Below, piece by piece: positions 16,665-25,000 of a stretch of DNA of 32,000 nt. The notes under the pieces were generated by a model, which searched no databases, was not told the DNA's origin, and saw nothing but the letters and a program-made list of their open reading frames with translations. The translations under genes were made by a program, and so were the position numbers. Positions within the stretch are counted from its first letter, which is position 1; the number at the start of each line of letters is the position of its first letter. The stretch is from Halovivax gelatinilyticus (lineage in GTDB: Archaea > Halobacteriota > Halobacteria > Halobacteriales > Natrialbaceae), in contig NZ_CP101322.1 in the NCBI RefSeq assembly GCF_024300625.1, positions 43,992-75,991 of the forward strand, given 5' to 3'.

Positions 16665-17908
16665 TGGAAGTACCCCCCGAGCGAGTGGTTAACTACTCGA
16701 TGAGCAGACTCTCGAGTTGGTTTATCTTGTGCAACAGTGCCTTCGATATACTCGACCAACGATGACGAATCACCTGATTTGACCCGTTGGCGAACCTCTT
16801 CGATCTCTCGTTTTTGAATGATTAAGTTGTGCATAGCTACCGGCCCCAACATGTCTTTTTTATATGGAGCATTTCCACGCATCCACCTTCGCATGTGCTG
16901 AGACGAGCATACTGGGCAATCACACTCGTCAAAATTCGCTTCATTAACGTTCACCGTCTCCATAAGTGATAGGAAATATCCACCGTTGATCGCATTTTGC
17001 AAGTACGTCGATGAATCGAAGGTGTCTACGCCAAGCGCAACAAGTAATGGGACGGCTCTGCTGGAAATTCCGAGAACGTGCAACGGTAATTTGTCGAAAC
17101 CCCAATCGTGTAGCACTTCGTGGCAATCGATTACAGCGTCGATTAGGGCCGACCGATTGTCCTTCATTGGTACGAGACTACCAAGGGCAATTCCGTCGAA
17201 AGACGACCGAAGCTTTTCCGCGCTCACATAGTCAGTTATCTCGGTGAGGAAAGCGTCCATCATCGAGTAGTTATATCCGTGTAAAGTGAGGTACCGGGCC
17301 CCGGTATACTCGTCAGACAGGTCAAGAAATATCTCGATGTTTTTTCCCGTTTTTCGGGCTTTTTCGAGCCGTTCCTCGTGAGTATCGGACGGCGTTATCG
17401 GGTGGTCGAGATTGACGATGATATCACCACCCATTCGTTTCTGTATCTCGAATACTTTCGCTTGATCGATATCCTCTTGGAAGTCGCTTCCATCCAGGCT
17501 TTCATTATTTAAGAATTTGAATCCACCAGAGTCTAGGAAGATAACTCCGTTAAAAGGTGAAAACACCTCTCGTTCTTTTATCGGTTCATAGACATAGTCG
17601 GCATATCGTTCTTTTGAGACGTTGTAGTCGGTGAGGGACGAAACGGAGGTCATGACCGCATCAAAGAATTTCGCGTATGCATCATCCCCCCCAATTCGGT
17701 CAGCTCCGATCATAAACTCCTTGACCGTTCGATGGATACCCCCGCCGTAAACACTATTCTCGGTACCGCCACCGTAAAAATTTACGACCGGGAATAGGTT
17801 TGGTGTTTCAATTACCGAGTCACCAATTGTCAGCTTACCAGCACGGGCGTCTCCCACCGTCTCCGAAACCTCAAAATTTGCCGAATAACTTGTCTTTGAA
17901 TATGACAT
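16661..17908 (-). CDS. Stand-alone TGT-family protein, DpdA-like (catalytic core only, no PUA or C-terminal tRNA-binding domains)
   Basis: ETPNLFPVVNFYGG, IFLDSGGF, LTLHGYNY, IALGSLVP, LHVLGISS..LGVDTFDSSTY. The zinc site is canonical: CDCPVC at 16907-16924 (checked) plus VAMHNL. The protein is 415 aa and ends shortly after the Zn subdomain. Confidence 0.85.
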   Translation of the reverse strand: MSYSKTSYSANFEVSETVGDARAGKLTIGDSVIETPNLFPVVNFYGGGTENSVYGGGIHRTVKEFMIGADRIGGDDAYAKFFDAVMTSVSSLTDYNVSKERYADYVYEPIKEREVFSPFNGVIFLDSGGFKFLNNESLDGSDFQEDIDQAKVFEIQKRMGGDIIVNLDHPITPSDTHEERLEKARKTGKNIEIFLDLSDEYTGARYLTLHGYNYSMMDAFLTEITDYVSAEKLRSSFDGIALGSLVPMKDNRSALIDAVIDCHEVLHDWGFDKLPLHVLGISSRAVPLLVALGVDTFDSSTYLQNAINGGYFLSLMETVNVNEANFDECDCPVCSSQHMRRWMRGNAPYKKDMLGPVAMHNLIIQKREIEEVRQRVKSGDSSSLVEYIEGTVAQDKPTRESAHRVVNHSLGGYFQ

Positions 17909-18369
17909 TAGTTAACCTTCCTAATACCCGACTCTTCGCCTTGAAGGAACTGTTTGAGCGAGCGCCCCTTCAAACCGATACCATCTCCCTGTACCAGGTA
18001 TGTCTCAACATCTAGTCCTTCATCAAATCCGTCAATGGCCCTTCGATACTCTTTACCAGCGTTAATGACAACTCGTTTATATTGTTTCTCGGTGACCCGA
18101 TTTTTCAGCTCATTCCTTACTTTTGGTCCGAGCTCTTTTGCCCTGTGAGAGTCCATTCTTCGGTCATACGGAGAGATTGGTTCTTCAGGATCGATGATAC
18201 CGTGTTTCGCAGATAGAATACATAAGTCACAATCAGAATATCCGCCTCCCTCTCCCATCGATTTTTTGATAATTTTGAAGAAGTATCCAGAATACAGTTC
18301 GAGGGCAGAGACGGGTTTATCCGGCTCGATTTTGGACTTCGAGCAAGATTGAACGAGCAGCGTCGACAT
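17908..18369 (-). CDS. Small C-x3-K protein, paralogous to the C-terminal ArcS-type domain of the 668-aa protein (DUF5591/DUF6884-like, tentative)
   Basis: LLVQSCSKSK (18331-18345) aligns with LLFVPCSQQK of the ArcS-like protein. CILSAKHGIIDPEEPISPYD (18163-18219) aligns with VTISGMYGPVPEEFE..PILEYD. A TAATG stop/start overlap joins it to the DpdA-like gene at 17908. Confidence 0.6.
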   Translation of the reverse strand: MSTLLVQSCSKSKIEPDKPVSALELYSGYFFKIIKKSMGEGGGYSDCDLCILSAKHGIIDPEEPISPYDRRMDSHRAKELGPKVRNELKNRVTEKQYKRVVINAGKEYRRAIDGFDEGLDVETYLVQGDGIGLKGRSLKQFLQGEESGIRKVN

Positions 18370-18397
18370 GGGTTGGACACTGATCGTTGTTCCAGTG

Positions 18398-18409
18398 CTA
18401 TAATAGTTT
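18398..18409 (-). promoter_or_regulatory. Candidate archaeal TATA box (minus strand AAACTATTATAG) for the C-x3-K/TGT/GHKL operon
   Basis: AT-rich element centred about 33 nt upstream of the ATG at 18369, inside the only sizeable intergenic gap (18370-18583) of the long minus-strand array. Confidence 0.3.
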
Positions 18410-18583
18410 CTGGTGGTCGCGCTGTCTGTTCATTGACTATGTAATCTTACCCAGAAATAGTCCGAAGTCATATAACAACGACCGCACACATATCATAGAC
18501 CACCTACATTCCATGATGTTACTGGACTAAGTGGCATATTTAGGATTTATTATTTTCCTTTCTCCCTGGTAAAGTTTTGGGGT

Positions 18584-19282
18584 TTAATTCATAAAGGACC
18601 TAGGACGTTCACTGTACTCGATTGGATCCCTCGATCCGACGCTTCTGAACGAATCTAGCCGCAACGCACAGGAGTCACAAATCCCACACGCCGGCGCTTC
18701 GTCCCGGTAACACGACCACGTGAGTTCGTACGGAACCTCAAGTTCGAGACCCCGCCCAGCGATTTCCGTCTTCGACCACTCGACGAACGGTGCGACCAGA
18801 TCGATCTCTGTTTCGGGTTTCGTACCGACGTCAACGACCCGCTGGAAGGCGTTAAAGAACTCCGGGCGGCAATCAGGATAGCCTGCGAAATCCTCCGAGT
18901 GCGCACCGATGAACACCGCGGAGCAGTCGTTCGCTTCGGCGTACGAAACAGCCATCGCTAACAGATTCGCGTTCCGGAACGGAACGTACGATGTCGGGAT
19001 TTCGTCGCTCTCAAGGTCCGCATCGGACACCTCAATTTCGTCGTCGGTAAGGCTAGAGGCACCGATTTTCGACAGATGGCTCGTCTCAATGTGCAGAAAG
19101 TCCGCCGCGTTTACTTCCTCTGCCAGCGCTTTCGCGCACTCGTATTCCTTGTTCTCGGTTCGCTGCCCGTACGAGGTATGTAAAAAGTACGGTTGGTAGT
19201 CGCGGTCGATCGCTTCGTAGACCGCGGTCGCACTGTCCATCCCACCTGAAACCAGTATTGCTGCGCGTACGTCGTTACTCAT
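18584..19282 (-). CDS. queC: 7-cyano-7-deazaguanine (preQ0) synthase QueC
   Basis: N-terminal PP-loop ILVSGGMDSATA. C-terminal zinc cysteines WSCYRDEAPACGICDSCALR. Length is 232 aa. Confidence 0.95.
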   Translation of the reverse strand: MSNDVRAAILVSGGMDSATAVYEAIDRDYQPYFLHTSYGQRTENKEYECAKALAEEVNAADFLHIETSHLSKIGASSLTDDEIEVSDADLESDEIPTSYVPFRNANLLAMAVSYAEANDCSAVFIGAHSEDFAGYPDCRPEFFNAFQRVVDVGTKPETEIDLVAPFVEWSKTEIAGRGLELEVPYELTWSCYRDEAPACGICDSCALRLDSFRSVGSRDPIEYSERPRSFMN

Positions 19283-19877
19283 GTGTGTCCACCGCCGAGC
19301 GGAATCGCCACTGTTCGTTTTCGGTCAACTCACCGACTGTAAACTGCGTCGTCGTCTCCGTGGCCGCCTCGACTCCGCGCATTGCTTCGCAGAGGTGCGT
19401 CGCCGCAAGTTCAACCCGTACAGCCTCGGCGTTCACTTCGTTGGCTAACCCTGATGCGATGTCCTGGGTCAGTTTCTCCTGTATCGTCAACCGCCTCGAT
19501 CGCCACCGAACGTAGCGGGCGAGCTTCGAGAGACCGACGACCTCGTCCTTCGGACGATACGCTATGTGAGCAACACCGTGGTACGGTAGCATGTGATGCT
19601 CGCAAAGACTGTACACCGAAATTCCCGTTTTGATCACGAGTTCACCGCTTTCAGCTGCGAAGGTTCGCATCTCGGGTTTCGCCGACTCTCGCTGCCCTTC
19701 TGTGAGTGTCTCGAGAGACGCCGGCATTCGGCGCTGCCAGGTATCCGTCAGTTCTTCGCGGTTAGGATCCTCTCCCAGCGCCTCCAGTAGCATCCGCGTG
19801 GCACGCTGGGCTTTCTGCCAGTCAATGTCGGACGTTTCACTGCTCTCCATGCTCGGTTGCTGGTGCTGTCTTGTCAT
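19275..19877 (-). CDS. folE: GTP cyclohydrolase I, type IA (FolE)
   Basis: SLCEHHMLPYHGVAHIAY and PKDEVVGLSKLARYV are FolE active-site signatures. I place the start at ATG 19877 (ATGA overlap with the queE stop, checked). The track's GTG at 19898 is less likely. Confidence 0.9.
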   Translation of the reverse strand: MTRQHQQPSMESSETSDIDWQKAQRATRMLLEALGEDPNREELTDTWQRRMPASLETLTEGQRESAKPEMRTFAAESGELVIKTGISVYSLCEHHMLPYHGVAHIAYRPKDEVVGLSKLARYVRWRSRRLTIQEKLTQDIASGLANEVNAEAVRVELAATHLCEAMRGVEAATETTTQFTVGELTENEQWRFRSAVDTHE

Positions 19878-20650
19878 GTTCCTGGTTCGTCGTTCCACAG
19901 ATCGACGTGCAGTCGCGGCGTGTAGCGATAGCCACGCTCAAGTGCCAATTCGGCGATCTCGTTTCGTGTGTCGTCCAGTTCGTCTCGGGTCGCCCCTTCT
20001 GGCATCAACAAAACGTCGTCATTGGTCACTGCCGTATCGGTCAACTCTCGGATCTGGCTAACGAGATAATCGACTTCGGACAAATCGTGCGCTTCAGTAA
20101 CGACGAACTTCAATTGGCTATCGTACTGGTCGATCAGCCTTCCGAGCGCTTCGAGATCGATACGCTGTTCTTCATGTCTTATCTCCCACTCCCCGTCTCC
20201 CTTCGGGGCGCGATCGGGTGTGGGTGTACTGCTCGCGAGTTTCGGACTAATGCTCGCCAAATCGATCGTTGCATCTCGATAGGTGGTGCCATTCGTCTCC
20301 ACGGTAGTGTGATAGCCGTGATCGCCCAGTTCGTCCAGGAGTTGGACAGAGCGTTCGTGGATCATCGGTTCCCCGCCGGTCAAGACGACGTGATCCGCGT
20401 TTTCGTACGTGAGAACTTCGTCGATGATATCGTCGATTGTAAGCCATGCTCCGGTCGGTTCCCAGGAGGTGTGGTAGGAGTCGCAAAACCAACACCTGAG
20501 GTTGCAGCCCGACGTTCTGACGAACACAGAGGGGACACCGGCGAGTTTGCCCTCTCCCTGTAACGAGCAGAAGAGTTCGTTTATCGGAAGACCCTCACCT
20601 TCACCAGCGTGTTCGGTGGCGAGTTCCGAAACGTCGCTTGTGACCGGCAT
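19874..20650 (-). CDS. queE: 7-carboxy-7-deazaguanine synthase QueE (radical SAM)
   Basis: ELFCSLQGEGKLAGVPSVFVRTSGCNLRCWFCDS is the QueE-type radical-SAM cluster motif, and VVLTGGEP is also present. The likely start is ATG at 20650 (TAATG overlap with the queD stop). The track's TTG at 20665 is less likely. Confidence 0.92.
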   Translation of the reverse strand: MPVTSDVSELATEHAGEGEGLPINELFCSLQGEGKLAGVPSVFVRTSGCNLRCWFCDSYHTSWEPTGAWLTIDDIIDEVLTYENADHVVLTGGEPMIHERSVQLLDELGDHGYHTTVETNGTTYRDATIDLASISPKLASSTPTPDRAPKGDGEWEIRHEEQRIDLEALGRLIDQYDSQLKFVVTEAHDLSEVDYLVSQIRELTDTAVTNDDVLLMPEGATRDELDDTRNEIAELALERGYRYTPRLHVDLWNDEPGT

Positions 20651-21111
20651 TAGTACGTCGCACAAAGTTCGTCAGTCTCTCGAACCGTCACGGATACGTT
20701 TGCGACGTTGTCCGGAAACACCTCCAGCATCCGTTCCTCGAGTAGAACGGACATCACTTCAGCTGTCGGTGGGTGCTGGAGTACGATGAGTGAATCAGCA
20801 TCGCCCGATCGTTCGAAGGCATCGATCAGCGGATCCCCTTCCTCAACGAGAAACATGTGATCCCAGTCGCCGATGACATCAGTTACATCTCCCTTGTCCA
20901 CGATCCAGCCTTCCTCCGCGAGATGACCGGTGATTTCCACCGTAATCTCGTAGTTGTGCCCGTGGGGCCGCGAGCACTTTCCGTCGTGGTGGAGAATCCG
21001 GTGACCCGTGCTGATCCGAATGGGTTTGTTTTCCCCGATTACGAGTGTCCGTTCTTCAGTGTTCGAAAGGAGGGCGCTACCAAAATCACCCCCAGATATT
21101 CTCTGTGGCAT
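20650..21111 (-). CDS. queD: 6-carboxy-5,6,7,8-tetrahydropterin synthase QueD
   Basis: HRILHHDGKCSRPHGHNYEITVEITG is the C-x3-HGH zinc/catalytic motif. The ATG at 21111 is preferred over the track's GTG at 21135. Confidence 0.9.
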   Translation of the reverse strand: MPQRISGGDFGSALLSNTEERTLVIGENKPIRISTGHRILHHDGKCSRPHGHNYEITVEITGHLAEEGWIVDKGDVTDVIGDWDHMFLVEEGDPLIDAFERSGDADSLIVLQHPPTAEVMSVLLEERMLEVFPDNVANVSVTVRETDELCATY

Positions 21112-21286
21112 ACCCAAAGAATATCCCGAGTGCACATAAGCTTATTTGTTGATTTGTTCGTACTGCGGAAACGTCTACAACGAATCATCTTCATCTATCA
21201 GTTCATGACTATTATTTGCCGAGAAAACCGAAAGTTACAGATTGAGTTGGGATATGCCCCAATGAATTGTAGAAAGGTGAGGTCTG

Positions 21287-21682
21287 TTAGAGCACTCGGT
21301 CCGAATAATATGACCCAGTGATTCTAATCTCACTCTCATCGACTACATCTACGATTCTTTTCATTAACTGTGCCAGAGGTTCGGTCTGATTTGTGGACGA
21401 TACTTTCATCGCATGTTCGTCAAAGTTGACGACACCATAATCGTCGAGCATCGGAAGATGGGTATGTTTGAGACCAATGTCCGATGATCGTTGTACAGTC
21501 CGGCCGACTGACTCGGAATCCACATCCGCTTCTTCGGCAGCAACCTGTCTACCCAGGTCTGACACCCGAACGGTCACCGTCTCGCTACCTTCCTCGATTT
21601 GAAGATCTAGGAGTAACTCGAGCACGATTCGACGTCGCTCCGACTGGAGAATACGCAGGATGTCCTTCAGTTCCTTACTCAT
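21287..21682 (-). CDS. Haloarchaeal winged-helix transcription regulator, DUF7344-like
   Basis: ILQSERRRIVLELL ... SDLGRQVAAEE ... LKHTHLPMLDDYGVVNFDE matches the RRR...L-x-H-x-HLP-x-L-x-D-x-G-V pattern of this family, recalled from memory. It is co-directional with queD and lies immediately upstream of it. Confidence 0.65.
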   Translation of the reverse strand: MSKELKDILRILQSERRRIVLELLLDLQIEEGSETVTVRVSDLGRQVAAEEADVDSESVGRTVQRSSDIGLKHTHLPMLDDYGVVNFDEHAMKVSSTNQTEPLAQLMKRIVDVVDESEIRITGSYYSDRVL

Positions 21683-21689
21683 TGACGAA

Positions 21690-21696
21690 CACCTCC
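21690..21696 (-). promoter_or_regulatory. Shine-Dalgarno-like GGAGGTG, 7 nt upstream of the wHTH start codon
   Basis: Plus-strand cacctcc at 21690-21696 is GGAGGTG on the minus strand. The ATG is at 21682. Confidence 0.4.
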
Positions 21697-22022
21697 TGTC
21701 GAGGAGCGCAGAAATCCGTAGTGATCGTTATATTGCCACGGGCTTCCGAATCGTCGAAGCCGAGCGTTTGTACCTTCCGAGTCGGTCGGACAGAGTTATG
21801 CCTCTCGGCCATTGTAGGCTTGATTGCTGTCATGGTTGGCAGCGCGGCGCTCCGGCGACCTAACCGCCGGGCCCGTTTTAGACGGCCACGCTACTTCGTC
21901 ATGGCCGATTGACTATAAAGAACGCTTGCATTTCTGATCACTAACTGATCATCGTAGAGGTTGCGTTTTATTCTTGATTTCAACAGCTACACCATCGCTT
22001 CCACATCCGGCATAACCCACAC

Positions 22023-22032
22023 CATTAATAGA
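22023..22032 (+). promoter_or_regulatory. Candidate TATA box (CATTAATAGA) for the nuclease-helicase gene
   Basis: Centred about 26 nt upstream of the ATG at 22053, which is the spacing expected for a leaderless haloarchaeal transcript. Confidence 0.3.
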
Positions 22033-22052
22033 AATCGTGACACTAACCAGGT

Positions 22053-25000
22053 ATGGTTGATACCGATGATCGGCCGGCAGTCACACTAAATCCGAGCGGT
22101 CTCGGCCAATACATCAGTTATTCTGGGTGTCCGCGATTTTTCAGACTGAAGTTTTTCGACCACGGCCTCGTGAATAAGCGAAACTGGTACGATCCGAACG
22201 CAGGTAGTGACCTTTTCGCAGAACTTGGGTTAGCCTACGAAGAAGAACAATTGAAAACACTCAGTGAGGATGCATCCCGAGTCATCGGGGACACTGACAG
22301 CGATGGTGATGTGATCCCATATGATGAGACGTGGGAAGACAATACGGGATCACACGGCGACATAGAAACGCAGTGGAAAGGTGGAGTCCGTGAACAGTTG
22401 ATCAATCTGATCGAGACCCTCGCAGATAGCGACCATGACGAGTTGGATGGACCCGTCGTGTTGTTCCAGACACCCATGTTTGGACGGATCGGAGTCTGGG
22501 ACATTGCTGGTATTGCCGATCTCATCACACTGGAACCGCTTCCGGAGAGTCGCGGCGTCCGAACTAGAGTTCTGGAGGTCAAGACGTCCTGGAAGGACAA
22601 GACATCTCAGCAGATTCAATCGACGATCTATAGTTTACTATTAAGCACGGTGGTTTCCGAGTGTGGCGTCGATCATGAACCCGTCGCCACAGTAGTTAAT
22701 CGTGAGGCAGACCTCCGCGAACATCCCCTGCCGGAACTCCCGCCGATCGATCTTCCCTCGCGGACCGCGGAGGTGAAACGCCTGTTGAAACAGGATGGTG
22801 AACTACACCAGTTAGCGCGAAAGTCGTTTGACGAGGTCGGGTATCGCCTCGAACGAAAATGCGACGGGTGCCCGTATAACGGGATTTGTTTCACGAAAGC
22901 AATTGAATCACGCGATCCAGCACTGTTGAACCTCACACAGGGGAATCAGGAACGGCTTCGAGTGCAGGGCATAGACTCGCTCGCGGGGTTGACCGACCTG
23001 TTTGAGCGAGAAGAGGGGACGAAACCGTATGATTACGACGAACTCCCAGTACGTGATGAGACAATCGTTCGTGCCTTAGAGAGTGAGGGAACCCTTTCGA
23101 ATCGCCTCGACGAAATCGTTCAACGGGCTCAGGTACTCCGTGGAGAACTCGATCCGTCGTACGACTCGTTCGGCGGCGTAGAGTACCTACGTGGCAGTGG
23201 GAACGGCAATCTCCCTGACGACGATCCGCATCCACGATTGCCCGGAGGGGCGTGTGAGCGCAACGAACTGATCCGGGTGTACCTGTACGTCCAGCACGAT
23301 CCCGTACGTGACCGGCTGGCGCTCTTGGCTGCTCGCATCAATTGTGACAAGACCGATGCGACGACCGTCGTTGAATTTAGCGAGCAACTCCCAGCGGCGA
23401 AAGACGATAGCCTCGACGCGGAAGCGAAGCTACTGGAAGCGTTTTTCGAACGGCTAATCAAAGCAATCCAGGGCATAAAAGCCGAGTTTGGCTCGAGTCC
23501 AGACCAGGGCTATGTCCATCTGTACACGTATTCCGCCCACGAACGGGACGCACTCATGGAGGGTGTTCAACGACAACCGTCCGTCTTTGGAAGCGCCGCA
23601 GTACGTGATCTTCTGGGACTACGAGAGGGACTCGACCAACCGATGGTGTCGGTCGTGCATAACGATATTACGAGTCGCTTGGCGTTACAATACCCGGGGA
23701 CAGGGCTCATCCAGACAGTCGAGCAAATGCAGGCGTTCGCCGACGAGTCCTATCCTCGACGCTGGTTTTCTGCTACCGATTGGAAAGCGACGATTGCTGG
23801 CGACGAAGTTGACCTTCGGGATGTATTCAGGACTGGGTTGTTCGAGGGGAAGCGAGCGTACGTCGAGGAGGGCAACTCGATCAGATTGCTCCTTGGTGAT
23901 CCAGGCGATCCGGATCGGGAGCCAGATGGCTTCTACCCACTGTACAATCGATTTGGAAATCAGATTCCCCTGGAGTACCTGTGGGCTGCTCGCGGTAAGT
24001 TAGACGATGATGTGGAACTCGGGACGGGCAGTTCGTCGCTCTCAACATATCGGTACTACGACGGGGAGGGCTCCAAACCGATCGGAGCCCCAGAAGTGAA
24101 AGCACTCGCACAGCGACTGACGGAAGCTCTCGAGCACGTCGAACGGGCGATCGCGTACAAGAACTGGCAAATCGATAAGCAACCACTCGATTTGAGCCGA
24201 CTGCCAGCCTTCTCGCTTGAAAATATTGAACTGAACCGTGCCTGCCAAGAGTATCTTGATCTGGAACACACGACGAACTATCGTGACTGTCTCGACCATT
24301 ACCTCAAACCGCCTCGAAAGCGCATGCAGACCGGCGATTCGACGATTTTCCGCGTCACGAACGTCGAACCTGCTGGCCAGTGGGATATCCGCGTCGAGGG
24401 CGATCTTCTCTATGACGAGTTGTTCCGAAATCCGGATCAGGTGATCGATAGTTGCCGGATCAGCGGCTCGGACGACGGCGGCTCCGGAAGCTGGCGAGTA
24501 ATGTCGAAACTCGAGCGCAACGGCAGGGAATTCAGACAAGTCAATGCGACATACCCGCGGTATCTGGCAAATTCGATCAAGGCATCCGTCGAGTCGTTCG
24601 ATCGAACCGGCAAAACGATCACGGTGAGTGCATCGACCCACGGTGGGTTCGGCCGCAGCCGGTACCTTGAGTGGCACCGGAGTGCAACGATGGAACCCGA
24701 GGAAGCCGACGGAGAGGATTACACGACGCTGGTCTCTGAAGGTGACCTCTTTGTGCTTGATCCGTACGCGGATTCTTACCCCGCGCTCAGAGCCTACGAA
24801 GCGCTCGAGCGGACGGAGTCGAACGCGTTGTACCACCAGTTGAACCGCGCGTTCCAGGACGGCGAAACTGAGCAGTTCGACCGGCAGTTTTGTTCGCCGA
24901 CCGCTGTTGCGGACTTCATCGAAACGTTCGAGGATGCGACGGGTGCGCGTCCCCGCGGGAACCAGGCGGAGTTCGTTAAGGAAGTTGACCACAGCGTCTC

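Noticed and set aside
12536-17908. Simple annotation of the two TGT paralogs as the housekeeping ArcTGT (tgtA) and ArcS for tRNA archaeosine
   Set aside because: Not fully excluded, but disfavoured for five reasons. Neither protein shows a PUA tail. The two resemble each other in non-canonical motifs. They are translationally coupled to a GHKL ATPase and nuclease-like genes. They sit in a low-GC block among helicase-nucleases. The linked FolE is the non-archaeal type IA. The decisive test is phylogeny plus a search for other tgtA/arcS copies in the genome.
21675-21833. Unlisted 52-codon minus-strand ORF (MTAIKPTMAERHNSV...) whose TAA overlaps the wHTH start codon
   Set aside because: It is below the ORF-track threshold and has no motif. 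Coding status cannot be supported from sequence alone, so it is not reported as a feature.
21934-21951. CTGATCA-n4-CTGATCA direct repeat (each copy containing the palindrome TGATCA) as a regulator binding site
   Set aside because: It is too short to distinguish from chance without binding or conservation data. It is mentioned only as context in a low-interest finding.
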